A program made the position numbers and the translations under genes. The notes under the pieces were generated by a model. That model searched no databases. It was not told where the DNA came from and saw only the letters and a list, made by a program, of their open reading frames with translations. 64,000 nt of DNA, from NCBI GenBank assembly GCA_963826525.1, contig CAWGXH010000003.1, positions 160,001 to 224,000 on the forward strand, read 5' to 3'. Shown in pieces: positions 32,785-44,751 of the stretch (the stretch's first letter is position 1; each line of letters starts with the position of its first letter). This stretch comes from an uncultured Methanomicrobiaceae archaeon (GTDB lineage: Archaea; Halobacteriota; Methanomicrobia; Methanomicrobiales; Methanoculleaceae).

Positions 32785-34030
32785 TTACTGTCTCTTCCGG
32801 GCTACCAGGAGTGCCCCGCCGGCGATCGCTGCAAGCGAAAGCGTGCCGAGGAACCAGGCATCAGGTCCGGACTTCTGGGTCGGCGTTCCGGCTCCCGATG
32901 GAGTCTCGCCGGAAGCAGGGGTGTTCGTCGGGCTCTCCGTCACGTCCGGGGTTGCTGCCGCCTCGCCGGCGAAGGTCATGAGGGCGAACTGTCCGGGAGC
33001 GGTGATATCGGCAACGATGGTGTTTCCTTCGATACGGCTCGGGACGATCGTCCAGGTGCCGCTCTCGTATGCGGCAAGGAACGGAGTGGCCGCATCGCCG
33101 TTCAGGTGGAGGGAGAGGGTTGCGGCGGGGCTGAACCGTGCCGATGCGGGCGAGACGACGTAGGTTCCCGCGAGAACCTGCCAGTCGGCGGGCACGTTCA
33201 TCGGGTTCGTCTGGATGATGGCAAGGCTTTCCGGGTTTATCCCGGTGATCGCATCGCGGGCGGCGGTGATCTCTGCAACGCCGTCGAGCGATGTGGCGGA
33301 GACGCTGTCCGAAGGCTCCGGAGTGGTGGTTCCGCTACCGGACGATCCTCCTGTCGAACCGCTGCTTCCGGACTGCGTGGTGCTGTCGGGGATGCCGTGG
33401 GTGTTGCGGTCGGTGTCGCCGTCGGCACTTCGCCGATGACGATGTTCTTATTCACCTCTTCGTTGCCGTTGACGAGGATGATGATCCGTGCCGTCCCCTG
33501 GTCGATCCCCGAGAGGCCGAAGGTTATCTGTGAGTTATCAGGGCCCATCTTCGTCCCGGCTGAGTTCGAGCGAGAAATCGACACTCTCCGAACCGGGCAC
33601 GGCATCGCCGTAGACGCGGAGCAGGTCCATGGAACCGCCTTTGACATCGTCGAGCCCCTGGCGGAGGCTTCACGACATCGTTGCTCGCGATCGCTTCGAT
33701 GCTTTTCGCGGTGCCGCCGGTCTGTGCCCGGAGTCCGGCACGCGTCACCGGTTCGGCACGAACCTGCACGACGGGGCTATTGAGTGAGAAGGGAATATTC
33801 ACGTTGGTGGCCTCGAAACTGAACTCGTCCTGGCCTCCAAGGCTGACTGCGGACTCCATCCGGAGTGCGAACGTGCTGCCGTTCGCAAGGCCGGCAACGT
33901 CAATGGTAACGGTATCGCCGCTCTCAATGTGGTCGGGAGTTATTGTTATGTCGAGGGCCGCTGCTCCTTCCACCGCGCAGAAGGCGAGAAGGATGAGGGC
34001 GCATAGGGTTAGTAATCGTTGATGCTTCAT
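32785..34030 (-). CDS. Secreted, C-terminally anchored surface protein; frameshifted
   Basis: Signal peptide MKHQRLL..., beta-rich domain, PTATP linker, C-terminal PTQKSG + TM + RKRQ. Confidence 0.7.
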
Positions 34031-34262
34031 GGGACACCCGTTGCAAGAGTATGTAGTCATCTCTATCTCTGTAATTTTATCTAACCTTATCGATATTTTG
34101 CACCCGGTCAAAATGGCTCCGCCTGCCGGTGCGATGTTCTACATCAACAATTTCGAGAAATGCAACAGCAATAACGCTTTTTTTAAGCGAAAGGATTATC
34201 CGGCAACTATGTCTCTCCGGGAGAAAGCCCCGGATTCTTCGGAAATAAAAAAGAAAGGAAGA

Positions 34263-37200
34263 TTAGTTGTTCTTCTTCTCCATGTAGAAGAACGCTGCTC
34301 CCGCCACGGCGAGGATCGCGACGATGGCGATGGCGATCAGCATGAACGGGAGTTCTTCGGTCGGCTGTGTCGGGAGTCGTCGGAGCGACTTCTGTCGGGC
34401 TCGTCGTCACGACTTCAGTGGGGCTGGTCGTCGGCAGGACGCCGGTGGTGTAGACGACCGCGAACATACTGAAGTGCGTGATCGTAGCGGTCACCGTTCT
34501 GGTTGCCGCGTTGACCGTGGTCGGGACATCCTCCCAGGCATCGGTCTCTGCGTTGTACCACTTGATCGTCGGCACCTGGCCGCTGGCGATCATCTGGTTC
34601 CAGTCCTCTTCAGAGAGGGTGGCGGTGAGCGTCATGCCGGGGTCGAAGGTGGTGCCTGCAGGGCCGCACTCATAGACGTAACCGGAGATGCTGAAGACGG
34701 CACCTGCCGGGGCTGCCGGAACGTCGCCTACCCGCTCGATGGTGATGCTGTTGATCGGGTTACCGTCTGCATCGAGTGCACGTACGCCCGCCTGCAGGGT
34801 GAGTTTCGCGCTGTCGTCGTCCGCAAGGACGGCGATTGTCCGGGTCACGATACCGCTGCTGCTGGTCGAGACCACGCCTGTTCCTTCATAGGTAACGACA
34901 CTGTGGCTGCTGCCGCCACTGCCGCCACCGCCGCCGCTGGGCGTGTACGGAGTGGGCGTGGGGGTCGGCGGGGTTGCCTGCACCAGGGAGATGCTGGCCT
35001 GGTTGTAGAGGGTTGTGCTGCCGTTGTTCTCGGTGAACATGTAGAGGTAGTAGTTACCGGCGACAAGGCCGCTCGTTGCGACCTGAACGGTGCTTGCGTT
35101 CGATGCGGAACCGTAATTGCCGTAGCCGGGGGTGATGTAGACGTTGCCGATGAGTTTCTCAACGGTCGTGTTGCCGTTGGCGTAGAGCTTCACGTCCTCG
35201 AGCGATCCGGCGCCGAGGGTCGTGAGGTTCAGCGCCATAGCGCCGGTGTAGATGGCATCCTTGTTGATCAGGATCGCTGCGATGTTCTGCCCGCTGCTGC
35301 CTGCATTGACCACGACGGGGCTGCCGATGGTGTAACTCGAGGCGCTCGGGTTGATGTTCTGGCCGCTCTCGGCGACCTCGAAGGTCTCCATGGTGATGAT
35401 GCTGAACCGGTCCTGGTCGATACAGACCGCGAGGACGATGTATTCACCGGCGCCGAGATCGCTGATCTGGAGCGGGGTGGTGATGCCCGATGCGGTCGCG
35501 GAGTTGAAACCGGTGTCGAGGTCGAGGTAGTTCGCGCGGACCGCGCTCATCAGGTTGCTGGACGCGCTGATGGTACCCTCCTGTTTGAGGATGGTGATAG
35601 AACCGTCATTTGCTACACTGATGATGCCGTAGCCGTACTGTCCGCCACCCTTGCCGTAGAGCACGATCTTGTCCTGGCTGAGCAGCTCCTGGAGCGTGCC
35701 GGCCGTCGGGGAGGCGCTGGACGGGTCGCGCAGCATCTGATCGAGCAGGGTGCTGTTCGCCTTGCCGATCATGATGGTGGCGTTGTCGACGTCGGGCGAT
35801 CTGAACCGCGAAGTCGAGGCTGCCGGTGGGGGTCGCGTAGATCTTGATTGCCGCAGGCAGTTCTCCGGCGGTGACGGGATCGTTCTTCCGGTTGTCGAGG
35901 GTTGCATTGCTTCCCGGAATGATCGTCTTGGTGAACGTGCCGAAGGTCGGGAAGGTCATCGCCGTGTTCGGGCCGGTCAGGGTGATCGCCCGGGCGACGT
36001 CGAAGTAGTTGAAGATCGCGGTCTTCGAGAGATCGATGCCTGCGAAGGTGCCGAGAGAGGCATCGTTGTAGTAGGCGAGATAGTTGTTGTAGAGGTGGAA
36101 CTCGTGCGCTCTGACCCTGGTTGCCCGCGAGGTCGACCGCCGAGACGGTCAGGTTCCGGTTGCCGGGCGCGGTGTTCAGGAAGAGCATGCCGGGGTTTGT
36201 CGTGTTGGTGGCGGTCTCCACCCATGCCTGCTTGAAGTTCGCGTCGGTCACGGTGTAGGAGATGATCAGGTTCTCGTTCGCCTCGACGAACCCGTCACCG
36301 TCGGAGTCCTGGATGCCGGTGATGACGACGACAGGTGCGGTCGTGTCCTTGGTGAAGGTCACGGTTGCGGTCTGCTCGGAGGCGTCGAGCGAGCTCGTGC
36401 CGTTGACGACGACCACGTAGGTGCCGTCCGCGAGGGCTCCGTACGAGGCGTAGTCGAGGGCGATGGCACCGTCGGTTGCGCCGCCGGTGAGCGTGCAGTC
36501 AGCCGTGACGTCGACGGGGTGTAGGGTGCTGCATAGTTCAGTGCGATGGCTCCCTCGGTTACGCCGGTGGGAACCGTACATTTGGAAGTTACATCAACAT
36601 TGTTTAAGAACATCTTCACCGTGCCGCTCGTCACCTGCACGAAGGATGCGGTGATCGGGGGCTGTGCCTGGTTCGTGTAGTTGCCGTCCGCAGGAGCGGT
36701 GATGGTGACACCGGACTCTGCGACAGTGACGCTCACGGAGTCGGTTCCCGGGTTGCCGCTAATGTCGTCAGCCGTGACTACGATCGGTACGTTGCTGCCG
36801 GTATTGACGTTGCTCTTGGTGGCAGTTACCTGGTATCCGTCGGCAATGGCCACGGTGTTCAGGGTGTCGGCTGCCTGGCCGTCGACGGTGACGGCGATGC
36901 TGGACAGATCGACGCCGCCCATATCGGTGATGTCGGCAACCACAGTTACAGTCTGTGCGACGGTTGCGCCGTTAGCCGGAGATGTGATGGTGACGGTCGG
37001 ACCTACTTCATCCTGTGTTTTAAACGTACCGTTACGAATGCCGCCGATGAACTCATTTGTGATAATACTCGCTGATCCATCGGTGATCTCATTTGCGATC
37101 AGTCCGACAGCGGTCTGGCTCCCGTCATTTTTGAGGCTTTCTGCAACTACGGAACAGGCGATACTGCGGTTTGTGCATCCACTGATCCGCCGCCCGAAGC

Positions 37201-37501
37201 TCCGAGGACAAGTGTTGCCGTTCCGGCATTGTTATCGATGACCTCTCCATACTTTTGCCACAATCCTCCTACGATGAAACTGTTCACCTTCATCACAGTG
37301 GGCTTGTAGGTTACGGTAATATCGACTGAGCCGAGACTTTTAGTACTGTGCTGTACTTGCACGTCGAGATTCAGCTGTTGTTGAAATCTTTACATCTGTT
37401 GCATTACTAATTGTAAGTTCTTGAGCAACCGCGCCGGTTACCAAGAGCGGAATGAACAGTAAAAACAGCGTGAGGAAGATTGTTCGATTCACTCGAGTCA
37501 T
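34263..37501 (-). CDS. Large surface glycoprotein (~1080 aa): N-terminal cohesin, Ig-like domains, ZU5-like domain, C-terminal TM; several frameshifts
   Basis: MTRVNRTIFL.. signal; LGSVDITVTYKPTVMKV..IDNNAGTATL cohesin-like; PTVTITSPANGA and DTTAPVV Ig-like motifs; GGGGGSGG linker; YECGPAGTTF..THFSMFAV; TM ending YMEKKNN*. Confidence 0.75.
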
Positions 37502-37524
37502 AATTTTTTGTCACCTCTCTATAT

Positions 37525-38328
37525 TTATAGCGATTTCCTTTGATGGTAAATAAATCCTGCGAAAATAATCGAAATCAACAAAATTTCCATGGATATTGGG
37601 AGGCTGTTCGATTGGGTTGCAGTTGTTTTTTCCTCGGCCGAATGTGCTGTCTCAGATTGCCCTGAGGGGGCGGTGCTCTCCTGAACGGGTTTTGTTTCGG
37701 TTGCCGAGGGGCTAATCGATTCCGTTGTTCCCTGGCTGGAACCCGTTGAAGTTATGGTTGTTTCAGGCGTTTTTGGCGTAGGAGTTCCTTGTAAATCCGT
37801 ATGCTGACCGGCTGAGGATGGGTTGGAGGTTATCGGGGTTTCAGACGGCTGCGTTCCTGCTCCGGGCGGTACATATCCCGGGCTACTTTCATATGGTGGC
37901 AGTTGCGTTTTTGTGGGCTCTGGGGTTATATCCGGGACATAGTTTTCACAGGTTACCGGGTTTGCGTCGTAGTCGTACAATTCACGAACTATGACAGTAA
38001 AACTGCCGTCCCCTTCATAGTCAAATTCTGCCAGAGGTACTGTTGTTACCTGATTCGTAGTCGGTAAGAGCAAATCCACCTATTTTGGTGATGCCACCGG
38101 TATTGTTAATGTCGGTAACAATCCCGAAAGTGGAGTCTCGTGAACCTTCTGAACCGCTGCTGGTGCTTTATACTGCAACTCTACGAAATAAGCACCGATT
38201 CGCTCGGGGCTATCTGCCTGATAGATTATCCTTCCGGCACCATCCTGCCCTTCGAAAATCACTGAACCCGCTGAGCATATAGTGATCAGGGCAGAAATTG
38301 CACAGATTAGGGCAAGTTGTCTTCGCAT
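37525..38328 (-). CDS. Small anchored surface protein with divergent cohesin-like domain; frameshifted
   Basis: Signal peptide; IGAYFVELQY...DINNTGGITKIGGF...PLAEF...VRELYDYDANPV; Pro/Thr/Ser linker; LPIS + TM + RK. Confidence 0.6.
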
Positions 38329-38356
38329 ATTCTTCTCCTCAAAAAATATGGTGGCC

Positions 38357-41300
38357 TTAAAGAGGTTGGTAGAATGCGTCTACGGTGTTGAACCTCTTTT
38401 TCACTGCAAGGAATGCGTCTGCAGTTGTAATGCTGCCATCATTGTTGACATCGCCATAGAACGACTGGTTTTCGGTGAAAACTACCTGGTTGAAGCGTTT
38501 CTTCACCATCAGGAATGCATCTGCGGTGCTGATGGTGCCATCTCCGTTTACGTCACCCCAGAACCGTCCCCCAAAGTCGAGATAGATCTGATCGATATCT
38601 CCGGTATCAACATTGTTCAGGATGAACTGGCCGTTCTCGATGGCGTAGTCGGTGTATGCAAACCAACCGCTTGCATTGTGCACCATGCACGGTGATATCG
38701 TCATTTACGTATGATCGATTCGTCGGTTACCGGTGGTAAGTGTTCTGCTCGCTTCGGGAGGTCAACCGCAATCGTCGCCAGTCCGCCGCTGCTCGAGATG
38801 CTCGAGTTGAACGACATCATGGCTCTGGTCGCGGCACTCCAGCGGTTGGTACTGCCGTTGCTGATCGTCTCCTCGACCGCCGGCGGCATCACGCGTGCAC
38901 TGCCGCTCGCACCCTCGATCTGCGAGATGTGCGGCAGCGTGCGGTCGGAGACGAACTGGGCGCTGTAGGTTGCGGTATCACCGGGCGTGACGGTGATGGT
39001 GGTGTTCACCCAGGAGGTCTCGTTCCGGATTGCGACGGCGTAGGTGCCCTCGACCCTCTTTACCGAGGCGGTGTTGGTGTTCGCTGCGACCGATGCGCCG
39101 TCGACGTAGAAGTCGGCGAGCACTGCCGCCCCGTTTCATCGACTGCATCGAGCGTGATGTTTCCGTAGCCCTTGATGTAGGTTGTCGTGTCGGCGACGGC
39201 CATCCAGGTGTCGTTGTACATCGGGTAGGCACGCGCTTCGACCGAGTTGTTGCCGTAGACCTCGAAGGTCAGCGGCACGTAGAAGGTCTTGCTCGCGTCG
39301 GCAGCGACACTCGGCTTCGATTCGTCATCGGAGCCGGGGTAGACGTAGAGCTTTCCGGTCGTGGCGTTGTACATGTGGTTGATGTAGGTCTTCTGGCCGC
39401 TGTTGTGGTAGTACGCAGCATTCGAGCCCGTTGCACTGCCCGTGAAGTTCACGCGTGACGTGATCGGGATCTCGATGATCATCGTCGTCTGATCCACCGC
39501 TCCGGGGCCGTCGTTGTTGATCGTGAACTCGACGTCGGCCGTATTGCCTTCGACGAGCGTGTATCCGCTGTTCGGGATGGCCACGTCGAGCGTGAAGTCG
39601 GTTGCGATCGGGTCGATGAACTCCTCGGGGATGGTTGCGAACGCGATGGACTGCGGCACCTTCTCGAGGCTCTTGACCTCGACGAAGAGTTTCGCCTCAT
39701 CTACGGTTCCGACATCCGATTTGCCGGAGACGATCACCTGTGCCGTGGAGTTGGCGGAGGGGACGTCGTAGAGTGCGGCCACCTGAGTCGGCGGTGAGGG
39801 TGTAGACGTACTGGAAGTGAGCGTTGTCGAATGCGACGTCGTTCTGTCGACCAGATGCTGTCGCCGTCGCCGTTAATCAGTTCCGCATCGACGGTGAAGT
39901 CGATGGTCGCGTGCGGCTGCACCTGGGTTAAGGTGTTGATGACGACCGCGGTCGCTCCGGGTGCTGCCCCAGCCCCAGCTGCCCTTGGCGCCGAGCAGGT
40001 AGCGGACACCGCCGGCGACCGTCTCGTTGTCGGCGCTCAGTCCGGACTGGTTCAGTGCAAGGACGGCGTGTGCCGTCTCCTCGGCTCCCCAGCCCCAGGA
40101 GTACGATCCGGCTGTTCCAGAGGTCTTCTGGTTCAGGAGTTTCGTCTGGAGGGCGGCGATGGTGCCGTTGATACTATCTGCATCGCCGAGACCGTGGTCG
40201 CGGATGGCGACGAGGCCGTAGATCCCGTGAGCGACTGCCTGCGCGCCTTCGTTGTTGTAGTTGTGGCCCTGGAGCCAGGTGAGCGACTTTGTCGAGCGTG
40301 GCGTTAACCTCGCCCTGCATGGTGGCGTTGAGGTAGGGGTACTCGTTTGCCAGCGTCTCGCTGATGAACCCGGTCCACTCAACGTCGTTGTAGATGTAGC
40401 CGTACTCGGACCAGCGCCCGTCGGCCTTCTGCCGCTGGGTCAACCAGTTCGCACTTGCATTCAGGTCGATCTTGTCGGGGGTGAAGGCGACCGCACTGCC
40501 CCAGTAGGCGGGGTCGTCGTCGTTCAAGAGTTCGGTGATGACGTAGTCCGGGTAGAGCGTGTAGAACGCAGACGGGGTCGAGTACGTGCCCCATGCCCAT
40601 CCGCCGGATCCGTCACCGTACGACTCGCCCGCGAGCTGCTGGGCGTTGTAGCCGTCCGGTGCGCTCATCCGCGCGATGGCATCCTGCATGTTCTGCTGGA
40701 AGGTGGCGTTCATCGCGTCGGTCAGCGCCCCGCGCTGCTCGTAGTACTGCTTGACCCTGAGGATGGCGAGCGCCGGGCTCATCGTCTGCTCGGGGCATCC
40801 GTGCGGGTAGCCGACGAGCTGCTCAAGGCCGTTCAGCGTTCTGCCTTCCGCTCCTGCGGCGAGGGTCACGGTGACGCTCTGCCCCTGCGACGGCGACCGG
40901 TTGAAGACGTCGAAGGTCACCGTATCACCGGCAGTGTCGGCGATCAGGGTGCTGTTCGTCACCTTGATGTCGAGGAACGGCTCCCGCACCTGGATGGTGC
41001 CGTTGACGTAGTCGGACTTGCCGCGTGCCTCAAGGCTGATCGAGTAGGCGAATTCGCCGAGCACCTTCGGTCTGATGTAGTACCAGGTCACGTAGTTCCA
41101 GTCCGAGTCGTAGCAGTACGTGCTGGAGCTTCGCCGGGTAGTAGTAGTAGAGTTCGAACGGTGAGTTCTGTGACAGGTCGACCGGCGTTCCGTTCGCATA
41201 CCAGATGTTCAGGGTGGCGTTCGGCCGTGCTGCCTGGTTTGCGGTGTAGTAGGTGCTGAGGGGAGGTATTCGTTGAGATACGGGGTCTTGTTGTAGTGGT

Positions 41301-44267
41301 ACCAGTACTCGTAGTAGTTCTCGTTGGTCGTGGTGATCTCGAGGTTGAACGGCTGGATCACGGTGTTCTGGGTGGCAACATTCCCGATGGGCTGGTCGTC
41401 GCCCGAGATCTGTGCTTTCACCTCGTAGGTGCCGGGCACCAGGGGCTTCCAGGTGTTAATGGTGTAATACTTGCTCGCGTAGGCTCCGAGCGGGACGTCC
41501 GAAGCCGACCAGATCTCGGTGCCGCCGACCGTCACGTTGACATCGACGGCGACGGGGTTGCTCTTCGCGTTCCAGACGCTGACCGAGATGGTCTGGTTGT
41601 ACCCCTCCGAACCCTGCGTCGGGACCTGCAGGTTCACGCGTGCATCGGAGACGTTCTCCTGCGTGTACAGGCCTTTGGTGATGCCGAGGTTCAGGTAGTT
41701 TCCGCCGGTCGTCTTGACGTAGGCGTCGGTCTGCGAGTCGAGGACGGTCGATCTGCCGGAATCGGCTCTGGCTTTCAGGGTGATCTGGGCTACTTCGGTG
41801 TTGCCCTGGATATCGAGGTTCGTCCCGGTGATCGTGACCCGTCCGTACGAAAGACGACCAGCCGATACTGCTCCTCCGGTCGTCACGGCGGATACGTAGC
41901 AGACGCTCGGGTCGTACTTGATCGGGAGCGAAAACGCCGTGATCGGTGCCGAGACGTTCGTCAGCTGGACGGAGAGGATTGTATCGGACGACGTCGAGCC
42001 GCTCACGCTCGGCAGGATGACGGTCACCGGTGCGTAGGACTGGTAGTCGGTCGTGACGCGTGTTGTTGGTCGTGTCCGTCTCGGTCTCGGCACCGTCGCT
42101 GTTGACCGTGACGGTGAAGGACTTCGCACTGCTGCCGATCGAAACACCGGTCAGCGTCTGCGTCCAGGTCTCGCCGGGCTGCAGGGCGGGAACAGTCGTA
42201 GATGGTGCTTGCACCCTGGTTCGTGAAGTTGAGTTTCGTTGCGACCGCGTAGACGTTGCCGATGTTCCTGACACCGTAGGTTACGTTGTAGGTGCCGGGC
42301 ACGACCTCTTCCTGGATGGTGGTTCCGCTCGACGGGATACCGGCGGTCAGTTCGGTCGAGAGGACCGGGATGAGATCGGGTTTCGTGATGCTTGCGTGGT
42401 GGGTGACGTAGTTGTTCTCCTCGTTGACCTCCTCGACTGCGTTGTCGACGTCGATCCCAAGGCCGATGTCGTAGTTGCCGACATTGATGTCACCGCCGGT
42501 CGTGATGACGTAGGTGCTCTCCCATCCCGATCCGCCCATGACGACACTGTGTCTCCGGATAGCCGGGGATGACGTTCATCGTCATGTGGTAGGTGATGTT
42601 CGCACCGGCGGCGATGTCGTCGGTGATGGTGATGTTGGTCTTCTGGCTCGCCGAAGCCTCCCTCAATCTTGAAGTCATCGGTGACGGTCTCGGTGCCGAT
42701 GTTCTCGATCACCATGGTGGTCGTGAATTCGAGGTGGCCGTCCTTGTACTTCTTGATGTACTCGGGGGCGTCCACGAGGTAGCCGCGGAGGTCCGGGCCC
42801 GACGGCGGGACGATGGTGACTTCGCCGTCCACGATGCTCGCGAACGGAGTGCTGATCGTCACGTTCTCGCGGGGGCTGCGCCACTTCTGGATGTGGTAGG
42901 ATGGGGTGAATTCGGTCTCTTCACCGATCATCGTCCGACCGCCTGCATTTTGAAATCGGCGAGCGGCGTGACAGCGATGCCGTGTTCAGTCCGCTCATAT
43001 TGCCGAAGAATGCCAAGACGGAGTCTGTACCGTGTCCATACTCGTTTATCCACGCGCTCGTCGAGTCTCACGCCGGCGCCTGCGGCGGTCTGGCTCAGCG
43101 TGATGTTCTCGACGTTCGTGAAGGTCACGATGGAGCTGTTGTAATTAGGAGTTACAGGTCATCTCGTCGACCGGTCCCAGGTCCTGCACGGAGAGCGGGA
43201 GCGTTTTCTGGTTGCCGACGGTCACGGTGCCGTTCGGTAGACGTGAGTATGCCGCGGGCTGCCGGGATGTTGCCGCCGGATGCGGTGATGATGCCGTTGA
43301 CGGTCTTGTTGAACTGGAAGTCCCAGTATGCTCGCGCCGACGTCGCCGCCGGACTGCAATCTGCTCGATGAGACCGGTGTTATAGAGATCGCTGGAGCCG
43401 GTTCCGTAAGATCCGTATATCGACGGTCTCGGTCTCGCCCGCCTTGTCCGTCGTGCGGATAGGTGATATCGACGATCGGTGTCGACTCCGAGACGGTAAG
43501 CCCGTCGGGTGCGATGATCCAGGCATTAACGTAGCCTATCGTGAGGAGTACTCGCCTTCGAGGATTCCGTTGCATGCCGCGATCCCTGTGAGAGGATAAC
43601 GCCCTCCGGCATCTCCGGGCTGATCTGCATATCCTCAACGGCGATGTAGGCCGCATCGAACTCCATCTGGATCCCACATCGAGGTCACGTCCGTCAGGTT
43701 TGCAACCTCGACGCTGAAGGTGCCGCTCTGCCCGGAAGCGAGACTCCCGGACGGCGCAGTCGATCATCGACACGGGTTCCTGCGTCGACCGTGAACGTGC
43801 CGTTGACGGTGGTGACCGGGATACTCGGCGCCGCCTCCATCTCTTCAAGGGAAGCGACGAGGTTCAGCGGGCTCGTCTCCCCGGCAGTGCCGACAGCCCG
43901 GAGAGTCACATTGCAGACCTTCACCGTGCCGGTGAGCTCGGAGCCGCTGATCTGCAGTCCCCCGATGGTAACCTGGCCGGTCGTATTGTCGATGTGGTAT
44001 ATCGGAGTGTCGAAGTCGCTCTCCGATAGTGCATCGACATAGACCACATCCGGATCGTACGCAGGACCGACGTCGCATGTGGCGGCGGATGTCGGAAGAT
44101 CGTTGATCATGATCGGTACGGTCATCGTTCCGCCCGGGAGGGCCGCGGCGTCACCGATAGATGACGGTGGTCGCCACGACCGCGCCCGCTGGCAGAATGA
44201 TCATTGCTACCAGAACGAGTAGCAATGGCAAAATTTTAGCGGTATTCTTCGCTTCTTTTTCAGTCAT
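38357..44267 (-). CDS. Giant secreted thioester-domain (alpha-2-macroglobulin-like) protein with cohesins, CARDB domains and C-terminal dockerin (~1970 aa if continuous); many indels
   Basis: Signal peptide at 44267; cohesins at ~43800-44150 and ~41660-42030; CARDB (PDL, VDNAVEEVNEENN, ETDTTNN); LEQLVGYPHGCPEQTMS; alpha/alpha barrel repeats (GGWAW, WLTQRQKADGRW); dockerin GDVNGDGTISTADA...GDVNNDGSITTADA. Continuity across ORF fragments is inferred. Confidence 0.78.
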
Positions 44268-44751
44268 ACTCTTCCACCTCAAAAGGATTTCTGCGGAAGG
44301 GAGCGGTTGTGCTCGAATGTAGGGAGATGAGAAGATCATCTCTTCAGGGATGATAAATACGTTTCTATTTGGGAAATCTCTTCAAATTTGGTTAAAACGA
44401 ATTTATGCTCTATATTTAAGCCCGGTTCCGATGGCATCCACTCCGGACTTCCTGCGCCATGGACCCTCGAACCGTACGTGTTCTGTCCGAAAAGTTTCCT
44501 TCCCGCTCCGTATTCTCCGGTTTCGGGCGATGAGGTGGCCGGCGCACCTCCCGAAGAGTACGATGCAGATTCGTGCGTGGTAGTCGCAATTGCCGCTTCC
44601 GAATCTGCATAAAAAGGTATCCGGGCGGAGCTCTCGTGTTCCCGGAGAGACCCGGTCTCCCGGAGCCTTTTTGAGGCAGGAACACGTGGATATCGTATCC
44701 TCCCGTCCGGAGATATCTTTTTATTCGATCATTCAGATATGAGATAACTGA

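Noticed and set aside
39870-40700. Squalene-hopene cyclase/prenyltransferase enzyme
   Set aside because: QxxDGxW-like repeats are present, but no DxDD motif was seen. The secreted context and upstream GCxEQ favour an A2M-type thioester domain.
28599-44267. A true cellulosome for polysaccharide degradation
   Set aside because: No glycoside hydrolase or CBM motifs were recognised; the dockerin-bearing cargoes are a protease and a thioester protein.
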